Shown: positions 1 through 8,780 of the stretch, in pieces | How the letters are laid out: every line of letters starts with the position of its first letter | Numbering within the stretch: position 1 is the first letter of the stretch | IMG/VR virus record: IMGVR_UViG_3300017917_003852 | Location: 14,425-78,424 of that record | Reading direction: 5' to 3' (one strand) | Length of the DNA stretch: 64,000 nucleotides | Origin: a virus | The notes under the pieces: model-generated | What the model was told of the DNA's origin: nothing | Databases searched by the model: none | Seen by the model: the letters and a program-made list of their open reading frames with translations, nothing else | Program-made: the position numbers and the translations under genes

Positions 1-196
1 CGTATAACGTTTCTATTAGAACAAGTTTTCCTTGATCAAACAAATTCGCTTCAAAAGCATCAATTTCGGCAAAATCTTTGTCAAACTCAACTAAATCGTC
101 CCCGGATAAGAATTCACGATATGTGCGTTCGGTTATAAACATATAACTATCGTAGTTTTTATAAACATGAGCTAGACTGCGCCAAACGAATTCCAT
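1..196 (-). CDS. hypothetical protein (runs off window)
   Basis: Open frame MEFVWRSLAHVYKNY... from ATG at 196; AAGGA SD and TATAAATA (223-230) upstream. Confidence 0.6.
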   Translation of the reverse strand, partial: MEFVWRSLAHVYKNYDSYMFITERTYREFLSGDDLVEFDKDFAEIDAFEANLFDQGKLVLIETLY

Positions 197-245
197 AACA
201 AATATCCTTAAAAATTTACTAGTATTTATAAAATATAGCACACTT

Positions 246-276
246 AATAAAAAACAGGGCCCAAAAGCCCTGTTAC
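246..276 (-). terminator. intrinsic terminator of tmRNA coding piece
   Basis: AACAGGGC-TTTTGG-GCCCTGTT hairpin followed by T-run on minus strand. Confidence 0.8.
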
Positions 277-611
277 TATTTTGGGTAATAAGGCATAGTT
301 GCCCCAGAGGTTATGCTGCTAGAGCAAAAACCTCGTCATTAGCTGCGTTTGCAGTTATAGTTTTGCTTCTTTTACGGAGATCGCCTACCGTGTTGTCCAT
401 ATCCTTACTCATTGCCCTGTCGAAACCATGTCAGCCCCGGCAAAAGCATACTGGCAGTTACACATACTTTCTTTTAACTTTCGGTCCTATCCGTACCATT
501 GCTGGCCTCTTGATTTAAACGGTCTATGAAAGTACCAATATACTTTTGGTGGAGCTGGCGGGAGTCGAACCCGCGTCCAGAACACCTTTCATTCAACTTC
601 ATACAACAATA
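250..611 (-). ncRNA. ssrA: circularly permuted (two-piece) tmRNA
   Basis: Minus-strand order: acceptor piece ending GGGTTCGACTCCCGCCAGCTCCACCA (3' end 547), 108-nt intervening segment, then 5' end GGGGCTGA (438). Acceptor stem has G3-U wobble. Resume context ATAACT-GCA; tag ANAANDEVFALAA* at 352-311. Confidence 0.93.
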
Positions 612-617
612 GCTTAT

Positions 618-646
618 ATTATATACTTATTTACAACCAGAGTCAA
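618..646 (-). promoter_or_regulatory. sigma70-type promoter for tmRNA
   Basis: TTGACT-17nt-TATAAT; spacer also contains TAAATA. Confidence 0.85.
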
Positions 647-650
647 TTAA

Positions 651-1247
651 TTAGACAGGATCAGTAAAAACAAGCTCGTTACCGCGCATCATTACGTTCC
701 CTTCGCCTAGATCATTAACTCCGGGCCCGTGGTTAATTAACTCAATAATATTCCATACGGCAACAAGAACTCCGCGATGAGCGCGAGCATATTCAAAGAA
801 AGCAGGATAAGAAGTTTTTAATTTGGAAAAACGTAACTGCATGCCACGGAAGGTTTGTGGCGGCTGTTCTGTGTCGATTGTACATTCGTCGATAAAATAA
901 CCAGCTTCGGTAACTACACGCTCAGCAGGACCAGATAATTCAGCTAGTTTTTCTAAGCGTACTGCTACAACACCAGGAACCACCGGTACAAGTTGGCGGC
1001 TTATGATACGTGGGAAACTAGGGTTATTTTGATTTGCAAAGCAGACACTTAACCAAGCGCGATATGAACTGTCATTCGCATTGAATGTCTTCAAAACATA
1101 ATCTAATTTTGGATGAGCCCATACTGTAGCGAAAGATCCCGACCCTAGCGGACTAAATCCTTGATCGGTTAATACTGTTTTATAATCGTTAGCGGCTAGT
1201 GTTTGCTTAACGCCAACTAATTCTGTTAGTATTTCTTGTATGAGCAT
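651..1247 (-). CDS. protein kinase-like protein with capsid-targeting-like leader
   Basis: LGSGSFATV Gly loop, YVLK, DLGEGN catalytic loop, FTDP. Likely start MLIQEILTE at 1247, 4 nt after TAAATA. Confidence 0.7.
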   Translation of the reverse strand: MLIQEILTELVGVKQTLAANDYKTVLTDQGFSPLGSGSFATVWAHPKLDYVLKTFNANDSSYRAWLSVCFANQNNPSFPRIISRQLVPVVPGVVAVRLEKLAELSGPAERVVTEAGYFIDECTIDTEQPPQTFRGMQLRFSKLKTSYPAFFEYARAHRGVLVAVWNIIELINHGPGVNDLGEGNVMMRGNELVFTDPV

Positions 1248-1289
1248 ACAGTATTTACCTGTTTGGTACCCGGCTGTATGCCCATACAC

Positions 1290-2213
1290 TTAATTAACTT
1301 CAAACAAATTATTATCTAGTGGCTTTGAATCTTTTTTAGTCTTAGCCTTTTTATCAGGATTCCTAATTTCTTCTAATACACCTTGCTCAAATTTGGTATC
1401 GGGTACAGTTTGAACACCGTCAGGTAATTGGGTAGATAACTGTTTATCCTCGGGAGTAACAACCGAATCCTCTGCGCTTTGAATACGCTGTTCGGCAATC
1501 TTAAAGTATTGCTCGGTCATTTCGACCCCGATAAAGTTCCTACCGGTTAGCTTTGCGCTAACTCCGCAACTGCCCGAACCCATTGTAAAGTCTAATACAG
1601 TATCACCGGGATTAGAATAAGTCATAATTAGCCAATTCAATACATTAGTTGGCTTTTGTGTTGGATGCACTGTTTGCTGGGCAGAAAAATTTCTACTAGC
1701 ATGTAGGATACTTTTAGGATAGCGAGTTCCTGAGTTCTCTCCGCCCATAAAAGGCTTGAAACCATATCCGTGGTTGTTAATCCCGTTTCCGTAACCTTTT
1801 TCTTTGTCTTTAGCTTCACGCTTATAAGGGTCGCCTGTTTCCATAATTGGATTGTACGTACCACCCGACTCTTTACTAAAGACCATAATATTCTCATGGA
1901 CTTTTTGCGGACGATACTTGGCCAAACCTGGACTACCGCACTTATTTTTATTCCAAATTAGTTCGTGTCTAAACCAATCAATCTTACTTGCAATCACTAG
2001 ACTAGTAAAAGGCTGACTACCAAAAATAATGATGTTAGCTTTAGGCTTGCAAATACGTTCTAGCTCTTGCCACATCAATTTAAAATCTAGTGTTTGATCC
2101 CACTCAATGGTTGTTGTTCCATACGGAGGATCAACACAAACCATATCCACAGACTTATCTGCAATTTTTTTAAAAGCATCAAAACAGGATTCGTTGTACA
2201 ATTGGATATTCAT
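1290..2213 (-). CDS. beta-class DNA amino-methyltransferase (N6A/N4C)
   Basis: DPPY motif IV, HPTQKP, VLDFTMGSGS motif I. Confidence 0.92.
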   Translation of the reverse strand: MNIQLYNESCFDAFKKIADKSVDMVCVDPPYGTTTIEWDQTLDFKLMWQELERICKPKANIIIFGSQPFTSLVIASKIDWFRHELIWNKNKCGSPGLAKYRPQKVHENIMVFSKESGGTYNPIMETGDPYKREAKDKEKGYGNGINNHGYGFKPFMGGENSGTRYPKSILHASRNFSAQQTVHPTQKPTNVLNWLIMTYSNPGDTVLDFTMGSGSCGVSAKLTGRNFIGVEMTEQYFKIAEQRIQSAEDSVVTPEDKQLSTQLPDGVQTVPDTKFEQGVLEEIRNPDKKAKTKKDSKPLDNNLFEVN

Positions 2214-2221
2214 ACGAGTAT

Positions 2222-2890
2222 TTACTTTTTAATGTTTTTGTTTCTATAATCAATAGCAGTGGTCCATTGTGCGGCTTTGTTAGCCCAACATTTAAATGCA
2301 CCGTCGGTAATAATATTATAAAACACTTCTTCAAATGTTTGAGTGTTAGGTTCAGAATCATGTTCTTTGCTCCACATGATCTGTAAGTTATTAGTAGGGT
2401 TTTTACCCCAATGTGTAATTTGTTTTACACCCCTAACCATAACATGACTAAAATCTTTTTTATCAAGACTTAAGAACCAATAATCTCTAGCAGTTTCTTT
2501 TTTATGCTTAATAACTAGCTCAGCAAATTTTGTGTCACTGATTTTGTTTGTAATTTTAAGTTCTGCGTATTGGGCAGCGGTAAGATCTGTAAGTGCCCAC
2601 AGTAATCCTAGCTTACTAAATGCATTATCCGAACTGCCAATGGATGTTTTGATATTTACAGCGTGGGTGGAACCGTCGTAATCGATTACCTCCATGTCCA
2701 TGAAATTTCTCAGGACACCTTCTTTAATCCTATCTTTAAATTGCGGCTGTTTTTGTAGCCATGCAATAATTTTGTCTTCGTCTTTTTTACTATTAACACG
2801 ACCTTCGCTATTTTCATTTACTGCTTTAAGATTAGATTTCTTAATAGCATCAACGATGTCGTTAAGGATTTTAGGTGCCTTGGGGTTCAT
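2222..2890 (-). CDS. putative type II restriction endonuclease
   Basis: Adjacent to and co-directional with the MTase; D...N-I-K pattern (FMDMEV...AVNIKTS) like a PD-(D/E)xK variant. Confidence 0.5.
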   Translation of the reverse strand: MNPKAPKILNDIVDAIKKSNLKAVNENSEGRVNSKKDEDKIIAWLQKQPQFKDRIKEGVLRNFMDMEVIDYDGSTHAVNIKTSIGSSDNAFSKLGLLWALTDLTAAQYAELKITNKISDTKFAELVIKHKKETARDYWFLSLDKKDFSHVMVRGVKQITHWGKNPTNNLQIMWSKEHDSEPNTQTFEEVFYNIITDGAFKCWANKAAQWTTAIDYRNKNIKK

Positions 2891-2892
2891 TG

Positions 2893-3066
2893 TTACTCCA
2901 CGTCGTAGTCAGCGTTGTCGATTTGCTCTTGCCAAAATGCACGAGCATCTTTTTCATTGTCAAACGATTCAAGAACGTTCATTCCGCCAAGTGGATGTGG
3001 GAACCAAACATGCCATTCTTCGGCGTCTTCGTCGTAAGTGCAATAAAGTTCAACTGGCTCGTTCAT
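2893..3066 (-). CDS. hypothetical protein
   Basis: ORF MNEPVELYCTY... with AAGGA SD. Confidence 0.6.
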   Translation of the reverse strand: MNEPVELYCTYDEDAEEWHVWFPHPLGGMNVLESFDNEKDARAFWQEQIDNADYDVE

Positions 3067-3083
3067 TAACTTTTCCTTTAGTA

Positions 3084-3107
3084 AAAAAGCCCGCCGGAGC
3101 GGGCTTA
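3084..3107 (-). terminator. intrinsic terminator
   Basis: AAGCCCGC-TCCG-GCGGGCTT followed by T-run. Confidence 0.8.
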
Positions 3108-3124
3108 TTCTAGCACGTACCTTA

Positions 3125-3448
3125 TTAGGCAGGCTGTGCAGTTTTTGCACGAGCTTTGATAGCATCCATGCTAGGCTTGGTACCTTTAACCTTAACAGTG
3201 CCAACGGCATTGTACTTAGTATCAGCTGCATCAATTGCAGCAGCGTACTCAGAATTCTTATAAAGATCCGTAGTTTTAAGGTGGGTAACTAGCTCACCCT
3301 TGGTCATTGCACGAGGCAGCTCGACCAAGTTAATATCAGTGTCAGTCTTAGCAAGAATCTTGACACGGGTCATGTCGCCAGCAAAGCGAACCTTGTACTG
3401 GCCTTTAGTTTTAGAAACACCACCAACGTTAAAAGTTTTGTCAGTCAT
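3125..3448 (-). CDS. conserved phage hypothetical protein (basic)
   Basis: ORF MTDKTFNVGGVSK...; GGAG SD; own promoter and terminator. Confidence 0.75.
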   Translation of the reverse strand: MTDKTFNVGGVSKTKGQYKVRFAGDMTRVKILAKTDTDINLVELPRAMTKGELVTHLKTTDLYKNSEYAAAIDAADTKYNAVGTVKVKGTKPSMDAIKARAKTAQPA

Positions 3449-3508
3449 TTGAAACATCTCCACAAGTTTAGTTGAAAAAACTGATTGCCTCATTGCAACC
3501 ATACCACT

Positions 3509-3537
3509 ATTATATTGCCATTTGTCTTAGAGGTCAA
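3509..3537 (-). promoter_or_regulatory. early sigma70-type promoter
   Basis: TTGACC-17-TATAAT. Confidence 0.8.
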
Positions 3538-3691
3538 CCTCTTTTTGGTCGGCAATTTAACCAAAATCATTTACTCAGTTCGGTTGCGGTTTCTTTGGTT
3601 TTAACCACAGCCTTGTCTAGCATACGAGCAATGCCCGTAAAGCCAATCGTTGCTACAATAATACCAAAAATGGTTCCGTATATAAAAGTTC

Positions 3692-4111
3692 TCATCCGGC
3701 ATTCTCCGCTTCAATTGATTCAATTGCTTGGGCAAGATCCGCCCATTTACGTCCTTGGCTATAGATCCAATGGCCGTCGGTCCAAAGATAAAAGTATTCC
3801 GAATCGCTATACCACTGTAGAAACTCTTCGCGGCTATTAAACACCCGCATTTCAACACCGTCTTCGCCGCGATCGCGTCCGTAATACTTGCACCACCCTT
3901 CGGTTTCTTTGTTGTTAAATTCGTGCTTTTCACCGATCTCTGGACCTAGCGAACTAAGATCGCCGTGTGACAGTAGTTGAAAAATCTTGTCAGTCGTTTG
4001 ATAATTCTTGTACAGAATTTCTCCGTTATGTTCAATATAGCCGTCCCAGTGACAATAAATTGCCAGGATCTTGCCGTCTTTTTCCATACCAATTGCTGAA
4101 CGAGTTGCCAT
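3692..4111 (-). CDS. conserved phage hypothetical protein
   Basis: MATRSAIG...IYCHWDGY motif common in phage early genes. Confidence 0.75.
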   Translation of the reverse strand: MATRSAIGMEKDGKILAIYCHWDGYIEHNGEILYKNYQTTDKIFQLLSHGDLSSLGPEIGEKHEFNNKETEGWCKYYGRDRGEDGVEMRVFNSREEFLQWYSDSEYFYLWTDGHWIYSQGRKWADLAQAIESIEAENAG

Positions 4112-4780
4112 TAGTTATCCTTTACGGGGTTGATTAATACATTAAGACGATCTGCACAACGACGAACGTCTTCGCTAAGTTGGCCTCGACCAATCGTTTC
4201 TTCAATTAATCGAGCAACATTGTGAAGTTCAATTACTGCTTCATGTAATTTTTCGTTCATTTTTTGCTTTCGGAAATTTAGCACACCAGATACAACGAGT
4301 TGAGCTTACATCATAAAAGTAAAGTCCGGTATCAGGATATTGGGTACCGCAGCCCGAACACTTGTATGTTAGCATTTCTACCTCATTTTGGTCAATAGGT
4401 CCGTTAAGAGATTCTTGCTGTTTTGGACCAAGTTCGCCAGTAACTGGTTGCGGTTGCATTAGTTATAACCTACCAAATGGTCCTCGGGCTCGAGCATATC
4501 AGCTTCGAGTACAGCATCGTGATAGTTAGTAGCATTTAAAAGAATTACTTGACCTTCGGCAAAGCAAGCCATATAGTTGCCGGTTGCTGAATCTTGTTCT
4601 ACGTTAATAAGAAAGTTAGTCATTCTGCAATCTCCGTGTCGTGATAGAAAAATGCTGCATTAAGATTAGTTTCAAGTACATCAGCCCGTGGCCTATATTC
4701 TTCAACTAGAATGGTAGCCAATTGTTGAAGACTAGCATTAGACAGCATAGCGATTTCGTTAGCAAGAAGTTCAATTTTGG

Positions 4781-4948
4781 TCATAGCTCATCCAAGTTAA
4801 TATCACCAAGTTCTTTGGGTTTGGCTTGAGGCTTGCCCCATGCACTTGCACCTGCGTCTGGGCTACTCTTACCAGCTGGAATTTGTTGAATCTCACCGCC
4901 GTTAGCAAGAAACTCTGCAATGGCCTTTTCGTATTCTTCTTTAGTCAA
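4781..4948 (-). CDS. small protein with SutA-like RNAP-binding motif
   Basis: 55-aa ORF (TTG start, not in ORF track) containing AIAEFLANGGEIQQIP. Confidence 0.45.
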   Translation of the reverse strand: MTKEEYEKAIAEFLANGGEIQQIPAGKSSPDAGASAWGKPQAKPKELGDINLDEL

Positions 4949-5148
4949 TTATGCTCTCCCATAAAAGTCTGCGTCAAGATCGGCTGCGTTATTTGCATAT
5001 TCCTGCGGATCTTCGTCAAAGTCGGATTCTAGAATTTCTAGAACTTGTTTTACACTAAGACCTACTGTGTCGGCGATAGCCTGCAAGGGCATGCCTTGGA
5101 AATCCATTTCGCGGATTTCAATTTCAAGATCCTTAAAGTATCCCATAA

Positions 5149-5373
5149 TTAACCCCAATCTTTCTTGTCACCGTACTGTTCGTTATAGTCATAGCCTGCC
5201 ATATAAGCTTCGTACTCAGCAGAGCCTTCTACAAGAACGACTTTCTCACTTTGGTAAGTGCCACCTACAAAATAATGCGGGCTACGCGGACGGTGGTAAT
5301 AACTATCGGCACTACCACGATCAAAAGCACCACCGTGGCGTGTATCAAACTTGGTTGTATCTACAGTCATCAT
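5149..5373 (-). CDS. conserved phage hypothetical protein
   Basis: RHGGAFDRGSADSYY motif; AAGGAG SD. Confidence 0.7.
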   Translation of the reverse strand: MMTVDTTKFDTRHGGAFDRGSADSYYHRPRSPHYFVGGTYQSEKVVLVEGSAEYEAYMAGYDYNEQYGDKKDWG

Positions 5374-5400
5374 TTTCTCCTTGTTATTCACTATACTGCT

Positions 5401-5429
5401 ATTATAGCAAAATGGGTCTTTTTGGTCAA
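5401..5429 (-). promoter_or_regulatory. early sigma70 promoter, extended -10
   Basis: TTGACC-17-TATAAT with TG extension; 26 bp identical to 9400-9425. Confidence 0.85.
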
Positions 5430-5713
5430 TCACCAGAATCAATTTGATAGCGATCGTTGCAATTTTCGCAAGTATATTCAGTTAAGCAACGACCAACTTT
5501 TTTACTAGAATAGCGATGCCGGCACGGATCTCCGTCTTTATTAAGCGGCACTTCGCCAGTTGGGCGACCGAACATGTATTGCCCGCCGCAGTTAGTACAT
5601 TGGAAAGTATCTGTTTCTCGGTCATAGCCTGCTATGACATTTTTGTATTTGGCATCCCCGGCTGGGACACGGCCCGAACCGTTGCAAACTGGACAAGTAC
5701 CTTTAAGCATCAA
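5426..5713 (-). CDS. Zn-finger protein (DnaJ-like CxxCxGxG)
   Basis: CPVCNGSG, CTNCGG, CENC. Confidence 0.65.
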   Translation of the reverse strand: MMLKGTCPVCNGSGRVPAGDAKYKNVIAGYDRETDTFQCTNCGGQYMFGRPTGEVPLNKDGDPCRHRYSSKKVGRCLTEYTCENCNDRYQIDSGD

Positions 5714-5739
5714 AACTCCTTAACATTCACTATACCAAT

Positions 5740-5797
5740 ATTATAGCAAAATACGGAATTTTGGGCAACCAAAATAAAATGTTGCAAAAAAGCAACA
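5740..5797 (-). promoter_or_regulatory. early promoter plus upstream palindrome
   Basis: TTGCCC-17-TATAAT (5768-5740); TGTTGC-N6-GCAACA at 5780-5797. Confidence 0.8.
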
Positions 5798-5804
5798 AAA
5801 GTTG

Positions 5805-6203
5805 CTAAACATACAACCCTAATTTACGCAACTCTACTACAAAAGCAGGACGCAAATGGGGCTCTACTTCTAGCACATCTTTGCCGCCCATGTCTAATCG
5901 ATCGGCAATATCTTTGGCTTCTTTAAGACCAAGGCGCCTACGGTCGTGCGCCCGTATGCATTTAATAACTGCAACTTTGTTTTGGATAGGGTTTAAGAAA
6001 GGATTCTTTACATGGACCTTATCAGTTTGGTACTTACCAGTTAGCATGGCCATAAACACTTCGCCTTTAAGATCAGGATCAATGGTATCCGCAATAGCAG
6101 TCCAAAGTTCCTGACCTTTTTCTGGCCCGTAGATCTCAGCAACGGTTTGCATGTATGCAATGCTAGCGTCAATGAGCTCTTCCTTGTGTTTTTCTGGTAT
6201 CAT
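5805..6203 (-). CDS. protein with ribosomal bL12 (L7/L12) C-terminal-like domain
   Basis: NKVAVIKCIRA...LGLKEAKDIAD matches the bL12 CTD signature KVxVIKxVR...GLKEAK. Confidence 0.7.
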   Translation of the reverse strand: MIPEKHKEELIDASIAYMQTVAEIYGPEKGQELWTAIADTIDPDLKGEVFMAMLTGKYQTDKVHVKNPFLNPIQNKVAVIKCIRAHDRRRLGLKEAKDIADRLDMGGKDVLEVEPHLRPAFVVELRKLGLYV

Positions 6204-6634
6204 TAGAAATCCAATGTAAATCGACCGGCTGCAATATCTAATAGTATTGCATAACGACTACGAGTACGATAATCGGTTTTAGGCAGATCGTACTCGTAGC
6301 TGTCGGCATAATGCACCTTTCTGACCTTGGTCTTCAAACTTGTAACTTCCCATCTGTTCCAACCATTATCCTCAAAGTTGTATGAGCCAATAACAGTTTT
6401 CAGTTTAAATCTTCGATCAAGATCGTGTTTGGTATCTGCACCAATTGGAATGCAGTTAAAACTACGAACAATTTCCATGTTGGCTAGCTTTTTTTGTTTG
6501 GCTTGCTCACGCTCAATTTTGCCGCCAATGGCCACAAGGTCGCGACCACTTAGACCCATGAGCTGGGCGTAAGCAACAAACTGCTCTAACTGTTCTTTTT
6601 TATCGTCACTGAATCTTTTTAGATCAAAACTCAT
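6203..6634 (-). CDS. hypothetical protein
   Basis: ORF track; likely start MSFDLKRF. Confidence 0.65.
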   Translation of the reverse strand: MSFDLKRFSDDKKEQLEQFVAYAQLMGLSGRDLVAIGGKIEREQAKQKKLANMEIVRSFNCIPIGADTKHDLDRRFKLKTVIGSYNFEDNGWNRWEVTSLKTKVRKVHYADSYEYDLPKTDYRTRSRYAILLDIAAGRFTLDF

Positions 6635-6848
6635 GATAATTCCTATAACCTTTTCGCTTGCTTTGTACAGCAATTTGTTCGAAGTTGGCCCAATCGCAAT
6701 ATGCGTATTCGTTCATATTGGATCTTCCCAACATAATTTCCCATAGGTATCGTTTGTTGTTTTTGGTGACACGAGCCTTGGCGCTAGATTCTAATTTATA
6801 CCAGCCCACTGCTTCTTTTTGTTTCACATTATAAACAACAAAACCCAT
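6624..6848 (-). CDS. hypothetical protein
   Basis: ORF track; packed in the operon. Confidence 0.55.
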   Translation of the reverse strand: MGFVVYNVKQKEAVGWYKLESSAKARVTKNNKRYLWEIMLGRSNMNEYAYCDWANFEQIAVQSKRKGYRNYHEF

Positions 6849-6849
6849 A

Positions 6850-7257
6850 TTATATACTCACCTCAAATTTAAAATCGTCAGGGTCATCCACAAGTTGTGA
6901 TTCCTTAACCTCAGTCCAACGACCATCTATCCTAATTTCTAATTTAATCTTTGTTAGTTCGTTAGCCACAGCACGATCAATTTGATCCATCATTCCTGTT
7001 TTTTTGAGGACTTCAAGTCGGTGCCATTTTTTGAACGTTTCCGTTTCACACATTTTGACAAAGGCGTCTCGTTTGTTTTCCAATTGGTTACGACTAGCTT
7101 CACTATAACCTCTGGCCCCTGAGGCCCTGTGCCGACAATGAACTGCGCTGCTAGTCTTATTTCGCTTCTGCCCACCTGCACCGGTTCCTTTGGTGTATGA
7201 CCAATCACAGTCGTCCTTTGTTACGCTAAACAATAATTGTCTTTTACCGTTTTCCAT
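6850..7257 (-). CDS. RF-1 domain peptidyl-tRNA hydrolase (ArfB/PrfH-like)
   Basis: GTGAGGQKRNKTSSAV GGQ motif followed by SRNQLENK. Confidence 0.85.
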   Translation of the reverse strand: MENGKRQLLFSVTKDDCDWSYTKGTGAGGQKRNKTSSAVHCRHRASGARGYSEASRNQLENKRDAFVKMCETETFKKWHRLEVLKKTGMMDQIDRAVANELTKIKLEIRIDGRWTEVKESQLVDDPDDFKFEVSI

Positions 7258-7505
7258 TATACCCACCTTAATGCAAACTCAATTGCATCACGCTCGTTAA
7301 TAAACTGCCACACAACTTGATAGTCGAACTGATCACAGAAATTTCGGTTAATAATACGATCACGCCACCCACACCGACTGGCTTTTACGCCATGCTTTTC
7401 TTTTAACCAGTCCCACATTTCTACATAATGGTACCAATCTCGTGCAATGGTTGCGATACTGTACCGCCACAGTTTTCGATCTCGTCTTCGTTGTCGGCTG
7501 TTCAT
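7257..7505 (-). CDS. FxLRW-family mini protein
   Basis: Ends WQFINERDAIEFALRWV. Confidence 0.75.
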   Translation of the reverse strand: MNSRQRRRDRKLWRYSIATIARDWYHYVEMWDWLKEKHGVKASRCGWRDRIINRNFCDQFDYQVVWQFINERDAIEFALRWV

Positions 7506-7684
7506 GCCCACCTCAATAAAAATGAGGTTAAATCTTGTTCAGTCTTATACACAATACCAGTGGCATAAACTTCGTAGTTGCCATTTTCATCGCACCAATC
7601 TTGCATTGGATCAATTTGAGCCCAGGAGAGCCAGTCATTAAATCCAATATGGTTATAGCGACGATCAATAGTAAATTTACTCAT
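7502..7684 (-). CDS. FxLRW-family mini protein
   Basis: Ends YKTEQDLTSFLLRWA. Confidence 0.75.
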   Translation of the reverse strand: MSKFTIDRRYNHIGFNDWLSWAQIDPMQDWCDENGNYEVYATGIVYKTEQDLTSFLLRWA

Positions 7685-7902
7685 GCCCATCTCAATGCAA
7701 ACATTGTAGCATCATCTTGATTTTTGAACAACCACGAAGACTTACCAAACGCGGTAATTAACGCCCATTGTTTGTCTTTGTTTGAAGTATATAATCCACC
7801 TTCGCCCAATTGCCTGACACACCAAACTATCATATCCTCAACTTCATGATAGCGATCTCGTTCAAAATGTACCTGAAATGGATGCGTATGATCAACGCTC
7901 AT
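7681..7902 (-). CDS. FxLRW-family mini protein
   Basis: Ends WLFKNQDDATMFALRWA. Confidence 0.75.
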   Translation of the reverse strand: MSVDHTHPFQVHFERDRYHEVEDMIVWCVRQLGEGGLYTSNKDKQWALITAFGKSSWLFKNQDDATMFALRWA

Positions 7903-8117
7903 TACGCCCACTTTAATTGGAATAATACAGCATCTTGTTCGTGTTTAAAATACCATTCGGTTTGTTCCTTTGGGCCATCCAAAAATCCTAGTATATCAAT
8001 ACCTAGCTTGTACCATGCTTCGCCAAAAGGGCCTATGTTTTCTTCGCACCACTCCTGTGCCAATGGCCACTCTGGATTGTTAATTATGATGTGGTACCGC
8101 CACTCTGGATCCATCAT
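7902..8117 (-). CDS. FxLRW-family mini protein
   Basis: Ends WYFKHEQDAVLFQLKWA. Confidence 0.75.
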   Translation of the reverse strand: MMDPEWRYHIIINNPEWPLAQEWCEENIGPFGEAWYKLGIDILGFLDGPKEQTEWYFKHEQDAVLFQLKWA

Positions 8118-8386
8118 GTCTGTTTTTTTAACAAGTCCCAAGCTAATCCATCCCAGGGTTCAAACTCAACATCTATCCACCCAGGGTGGTGCCGCGGTTT
8201 TATTTCCCACCACTCATTTTTGGTATCACGATAAACTGTACGGAACTTGGAGCCATAGTATGATTGAACATATTTTATTACCCGCTCGGCATTGTTTGTA
8301 ATGCTCATAAACGGGCCGCCGAGGTCTTCTAAGAACACTATACCGTGTTCTCGGTCTATGGACAAGACATGCAGTTGTGTTCTCAT
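8114..8386 (-). CDS. conserved phage hypothetical protein
   Basis: SITNNAERV...YRDT motif. Confidence 0.65.
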   Translation of the reverse strand: MRTQLHVLSIDREHGIVFLEDLGGPFMSITNNAERVIKYVQSYYGSKFRTVYRDTKNEWWEIKPRHHPGWIDVEFEPWDGLAWDLLKKQT

Positions 8387-8580
8387 TATTCAATTCCAAA
8401 ATGTTCTGACAGCCATTGCCTTGCTTGAAAACGTGCTATCAATTGATTCTCACCCGGATCTAAAACATTCATACATTCTCGTACAATCAACTCAGCGAAT
8501 TTTTCGTTGTCAAAATGAAGTTGTCCTTCCGGACGCTCGTTCCAGCATTGTTCAGCAAGTAGTTTAATTCTTTCGTTCAT
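8386..8580 (-). CDS. MNERI-family small protein (paralog of 25491-25739)
   Basis: MNERI...IVREC...HFGIE. Confidence 0.7.
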   Translation of the reverse strand: MNERIKLLAEQCWNERPEGQLHFDNEKFAELIVRECMNVLDPGENQLIARFQARQWLSEHFGIE

Positions 8581-8780
8581 TTTGAAAGTACCTTTGCAAG
8601 ATAACTATGGATCTGATCCATTTCTTCCTGTTCAACATAAAAATCGGTCTGTGGATCCCAATACTGTCCGGCTTTAGGATCATAGTATAGCACACGACCA
8701 TCAGCATAAAAGAAAGGACCTTCCAGGCCTTCTCGCGGTTGCCAACGATTGTCACGCTCACCAAGAACAGCATATCCCAT
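8577..8780 (-). CDS. conserved phage hypothetical protein
   Basis: GLEGPF...LYYDPKAGQYWDP. Confidence 0.7.
   Translation of the reverse strand: MGYAVLGERDNRWQPREGLEGPFFYADGRVLYYDPKAGQYWDPQTDFYVEQEEMDQIHSYLAKVLSK

Noticed and set aside
547-582. Stand-alone tRNA (T-arm GGTTCGACTCC and CCA end)
   Set aside because: No D or anticodon arm upstream; it is the acceptor piece of the permuted tmRNA
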